Below the pieces are notes generated by a model. It did no database searches, was not told the origin of the DNA, and saw only the letters and a program-made list of their open reading frames with translations. The position numbers and the translations under genes are program-made. From an uncultured Candidatus Saccharibacteria bacterium (GTDB taxonomy: Bacteria; Patescibacteriota; Dojkabacteria; J137), in assembly GCA_965230975.1 (NCBI GenBank), contig OZ246402.1, positions 800,859 to 864,858 on the forward strand: 64,000 nucleotides of DNA, written 5' to 3'. Shown piece by piece: positions 60,708 to 64,000 of the stretch; positions within the stretch are counted from its first letter, which is position 1; every line of letters begins with the position of its first letter.

Positions 60708-62744
60708 TTAAGCAGATTTACTATACTGTTGGTACATTTGAGTTTCTTTTGGCTCCCTAACAACAACTCTTTGGTAAGGGTTTGTGACCCAGTTTTCAAT
60801 TAACGTTACTGGAACATCATCTAAAATCACAACATGAGAAAGTGTTTTATTGTAATCTAAACCTTTATTGTACATATCTTTTATTACATCTTTGTAAAAC
60901 TCCTGAATATTGAGAATATTTGCTTTGTTAAGATTTACATTAGTTTCACTAGAGATAGTTAATATTTTGCCTAAGCTTATTACCCCCGATGAGTGAATAC
61001 CTTCTTTACTGTCCATTAATAAGTCTTGCCTTGTGTATAAACCAAAATCTTTTGTATTTGTTAAAACATCTATTTCTAAGTCCTGGCTAATCTTATTAGG
61101 TTGATAAGCTATAAACGATTGTGAACCATTAATAATTGGGTAAAGTTCTCCATTAAAAACAAATGATATAGCAAAATCTTTTGGTAATTTGTCTTTATTT
61201 CTTTCTATCCTGTTTAGAAGTCTTTGGTAAATCTCTTCAAAATCAATTGGTTTAGTTTTATCTTTACTTTCAAGTTTTATCTCTGTCATTGATTGAAGAT
61301 ATAAAGATCTTAAGTACTTAACCTCTTCTTGAGTTGCCTCTGGAGATATTCTTATAGAAGAATCAAAATCTTGTACTAATTCCATTAACTCTATTTTATA
61401 TTGATAACTTATCATTTCTAATACTATTATTTCTACATTCAGTTTAAGGTTTGGATTATTTGCATTAAGTGCTACTACAATATTTTCTATGGTGGTTTGC
61501 TGAGGGTTTGTTAAGTAATTTTTAACATCGTTATAAACCTGAGTATTTGGTGTTAAAGTTTTAATTTCTTGAGTAATCTCTGCTGGAATGCTTAAATACC
61601 TTTCTGCATTTGCAACAGATGCTTTTATTGCTAATGATAATTGTTGTGAACTTTGGTTAGTATCTTGTGTATTACTTAATGCGTTGGCAAGTTCTAAAAG
61701 TTGGCCCTTTTGATTAAGTACCCTTTCTGATTTTTCTTGTTGATTATTAAGTATTGTTTCTAAAGATTGATCTTGTGGCAATACTTCTACAGTTGGCAAG
61801 TTAGGGTTTGTAGCACCAATAACATCAAAATTAATAACATCTAAAAATTCTTGAGTAACATTTGTTTTTGTTAAGAGTTCAACTTCTGAACCAGTAAAAG
61901 TTAGAGCATTTAAACTAACCGAACCTTCTATTTGCATTACATTTTGCAATATGTCGTTTACATTGTATAAAGATTGGGTTATTTGAGTGTAATCTACAGG
62001 CTCAGTTAAATCTTCAAATGATTCTGGTTTTGTTTGTAAAGCTGTATCTTGGTCTAGTTGTTGTGTAATAGAATTAACGTCTATTGGTTGTAAAGAATCT
62101 AAGTCTTGTGTTTCTTGGTTCGACACCAATGGTTGAATTGTAGAGTCTAAGTTTGTAAATAGTTGAGGTTGTACTTCGGTTTGTATTTGAGGTTGAGTTT
62201 CTAAGTCCGGTTCAATTGGAGCATCAGATTTAGATTCAATTACTGGCTCAATTTGTATATTGGTATCAATAGGTGTATCTATTACGCTTTCTGGTAGAGT
62301 ATTCTCGATTTCTGTATATGGTTTGTAAGCGCTTACAGAATCTAATGTGCTATTGGTATCTGGTTGTAATTCTAAATCTATACTTTCAGGGCTTTCTTGT
62401 GGGTTTGTAATTTCTGTATTTGCTAAATCTATTTCTGGCATTGTACTATCAGAATAGGCTTGTGTTTGTTGAAATATGTCTTGCAATGGGTTTTGGTCTA
62501 ATGTTTCTGTTTGTGGTATTTCTACATTATTTACAATATCTATTTCTTCTTGTTTGGAATCTAGTGTTACAAAATCTGGTTTAGTAAAGTCCTGAATTGC
62601 ATCATCTTGCATTTCTATTATATTTATATCTGATGGCATCGCGTTTGCAAAGAAGTCAGATGTTTTAGGTGATACAAAGCTGTTTGGTGAGTTTACACCG
62701 GGAGTATAAGCAAAACTTGGAGCCTCTAGTGTATTTGTATTCAT
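60708..62744 (-). CDS. hypothetical protein with N-terminal acidic Q/T/P/E-rich low-complexity half
   Basis: 678-aa ORF. The first ~330 aa are a disordered acidic region. The C-terminal half is globular and has no motif. Confidence 0.45.
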   Translation of the reverse strand: MNTNTLEAPSFAYTPGVNSPNSFVSPKTSDFFANAMPSDINIIEMQDDAIQDFTKPDFVTLDSKQEEIDIVNNVEIPQTETLDQNPLQDIFQQTQAYSDSTMPEIDLANTEITNPQESPESIDLELQPDTNSTLDSVSAYKPYTEIENTLPESVIDTPIDTNIQIEPVIESKSDAPIEPDLETQPQIQTEVQPQLFTNLDSTIQPLVSNQETQDLDSLQPIDVNSITQQLDQDTALQTKPESFEDLTEPVDYTQITQSLYNVNDILQNVMQIEGSVSLNALTFTGSEVELLTKTNVTQEFLDVINFDVIGATNPNLPTVEVLPQDQSLETILNNQQEKSERVLNQKGQLLELANALSNTQDTNQSSQQLSLAIKASVANAERYLSIPAEITQEIKTLTPNTQVYNDVKNYLTNPQQTTIENIVVALNANNPNLKLNVEIIVLEMISYQYKIELMELVQDFDSSIRISPEATQEEVKYLRSLYLQSMTEIKLESKDKTKPIDFEEIYQRLLNRIERNKDKLPKDFAISFVFNGELYPIINGSQSFIAYQPNKISQDLEIDVLTNTKDFGLYTRQDLLMDSKEGIHSSGVISLGKILTISSETNVNLNKANILNIQEFYKDVIKDMYNKGLDYNKTLSHVVILDDVPVTLIENWVTNPYQRVVVREPKETQMYQQYSKSA

Positions 62745-62926
62745 ACATGCTTATTATAACAGTTAAATTGTAATTAGCACTCTTTAACTATTATATATGT
62801 CTTGTACGGTGTACTATACAGATAATTTACCCGCAGAGAAAGCAACGTCAACCATTCCCATTATTTTACATATTCACAATTGTATTATGTATAGTAAAAT
62901 CTTGGCATAATTATTAGATTAAAGAA

Positions 62927-63475
62927 ATGACCGATTTATTAGAACCTAAATTCACTTCTGTACAATTTGGAGAAGAGGAATTACCTTTACTAAGAGTAAT
63001 GGTAGATGAAGCTTCAGATGTTCCATTAACTATTCAAGACCTAGAAACAGCGTATAGTGCTTCATCTGAAATTTTTTACATACTACAATTGTTTCAAGAT
63101 GCTTATCACTTATCAGACGAAGGTTTATGTGAGGACTTTTCTATAACTAACGAAGATGGAACTAGGTCATTCTTTAAATTAGATCAAGAAAATTTAGTTA
63201 ACTACATGCTAGAGAATTCAAATTTGAGGGATAAGGTTTTTGATGTGTTAACAAGAAATATGTCTTATATAGAAAGTTTAATAGAGTTGTTAAGGTTAAT
63301 TGATAGTAATTCATTAAATATTAATTTTGTTATTACAGAAGAGGGTGATAAATTTATTAACAGACTGAAAAGAGAATTACCAATTTTTATACTTGCTCAC
63401 AACAAATTGTCTCAAATTGCTAATCAATTTGCGGAGGCATTAAAATTCAAGTTAAAAATAAGAATCGAGGCTTAA
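62927..63475 (+). CDS. hypothetical protein
   Basis: 182-aa ORF, acidic, no motif. Confidence 0.4.
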   Translation: MTDLLEPKFTSVQFGEEELPLLRVMVDEASDVPLTIQDLETAYSASSEIFYILQLFQDAYHLSDEGLCEDFSITNEDGTRSFFKLDQENLVNYMLENSNLRDKVFDVLTRNMSYIESLIELLRLIDSNSLNINFVITEEGDKFINRLKRELPIFILAHNKLSQIANQFAEALKFKLKIRIEA

Positions 63476-63548
63476 ACTAAAGCCAGATAATGTTTGTAAA
63501 AGCCTACTAATGTAGTAAAATCCGTTAATAAATTTTAGTAAATTTAAT

Positions 63549-64000
63549 ATGCAAGTTGATCAACGTTTAGAATTTGGAGAATTGGCAAACTCACAAGAAG
63601 AATTTATTGATGGTTTGGTTAAAGCAAAAGTAAATTCCCTTGTAGATGGTCCAGATAGCACTTCTGAGGCAATTAATTCTTCTAAATTTTTAATGGCTTT
63701 ACGAAATGTAGTCAGCTTAAATATTTTGAACCCACATTTAGATAATTTCTTAGTTTTGCTTTTTCAAAATATTCAACAAAATGATTTACTTAAAGATATT
63801 AATTTTGTTAATGAGTTACTTGAGTATTATGTAAGACCAGCTTTCGTAATTGAGATGAATAGATGCAAAGCATTAGGAGATAGCGATTTACAAAACAATT
63901 TAAAAGAGCGATTTGCTATGTTAATTTCAGGTTTACCTATAGATGTTCAAGTGAATAATGCTATTGATGATGAAGAAATAGATTGTGACTTTAAAATTAA
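63549..64000 (+). CDS. hypothetical protein, partial (runs off window end)
   Basis: ATG at 63549 opens a frame (MQVDQRLEFGELANSQEEF...) that continues to the end of the window without a stop. Confidence 0.35.
   Translation, partial: MQVDQRLEFGELANSQEEFIDGLVKAKVNSLVDGPDSTSEAINSSKFLMALRNVVSLNILNPHLDNFLVLLFQNIQQNDLLKDINFVNELLEYYVRPAFVIEMNRCKALGDSDLQNNLKERFAMLISGLPIDVQVNNAIDDEEIDCDFKI

Noticed and set aside
1-64000. Alternative genetic code (e.g. UGA recoding as in Gracilibacteria/SR1)
   Set aside because: Long uninterrupted ORFs (up to 9.6 kb) are obtained with the standard code, and conserved proteins terminate at the expected lengths. No need to invoke recoding.

Overview
This is a low-GC (~32%), AT-rich bacterial window with dense coding under the standard genetic code. 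It has several giant secreted or anchored surface proteins, weak Shine-Dalgarno signal and small metabolic genes, which together resemble a CPR/Patescibacteria-like or other reduced monoderm genome; this assignment is tentative. Housekeeping-type genes include an Obg GTPase, cyclophilin, NUDIX, SDR, a Qor-type oxidoreductase, an HD hydrolase, a CPA2/Kef antiporter and two MacB/FtsX-type ABC systems, one of them a single-polypeptide ATPase-permease fusion. The window also carries four tRNAs (Lys-UUU, Lys-CUU, Arg-UCU, His-GUG) and three clean rho-independent terminators. Six regions stand out. (1) A co-directional, terminator-delimited cluster runs ABC ATPase -> ABC-2 permease -> three tandem paralogs carrying RNA-polymerase alpha-CTD-like helix-hairpin-helix domains -> a heliorhodopsin with the conserved TM3 Glu and TM7 Schiff-base Lys motifs. 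(2) A rearranged tRNA-Lys(UUU) locus consists of a 127-bp tandem array of 5' tRNA halves, one intact hybrid tRNA, a small GIY-YIG (YazA/UPF0213-like) nuclease gene and a displaced 3' tRNA fragment. (3) A 3202-aa protein built from four ~540-aa BNR/Asp-box modules plus four Fn3 domains is translationally coupled to a MacB-type fusion exporter. (4) A QxxRW processive GT2 synthase is coupled to a GH18 protein with two CBM5/12 chitin-binding modules. (5) A stand-alone SWIB/MDM2-domain protein is present. (6) Two copies of a ~78-bp nested palindromic element sit in promoter regions flanking the GNAT/Obg pair.
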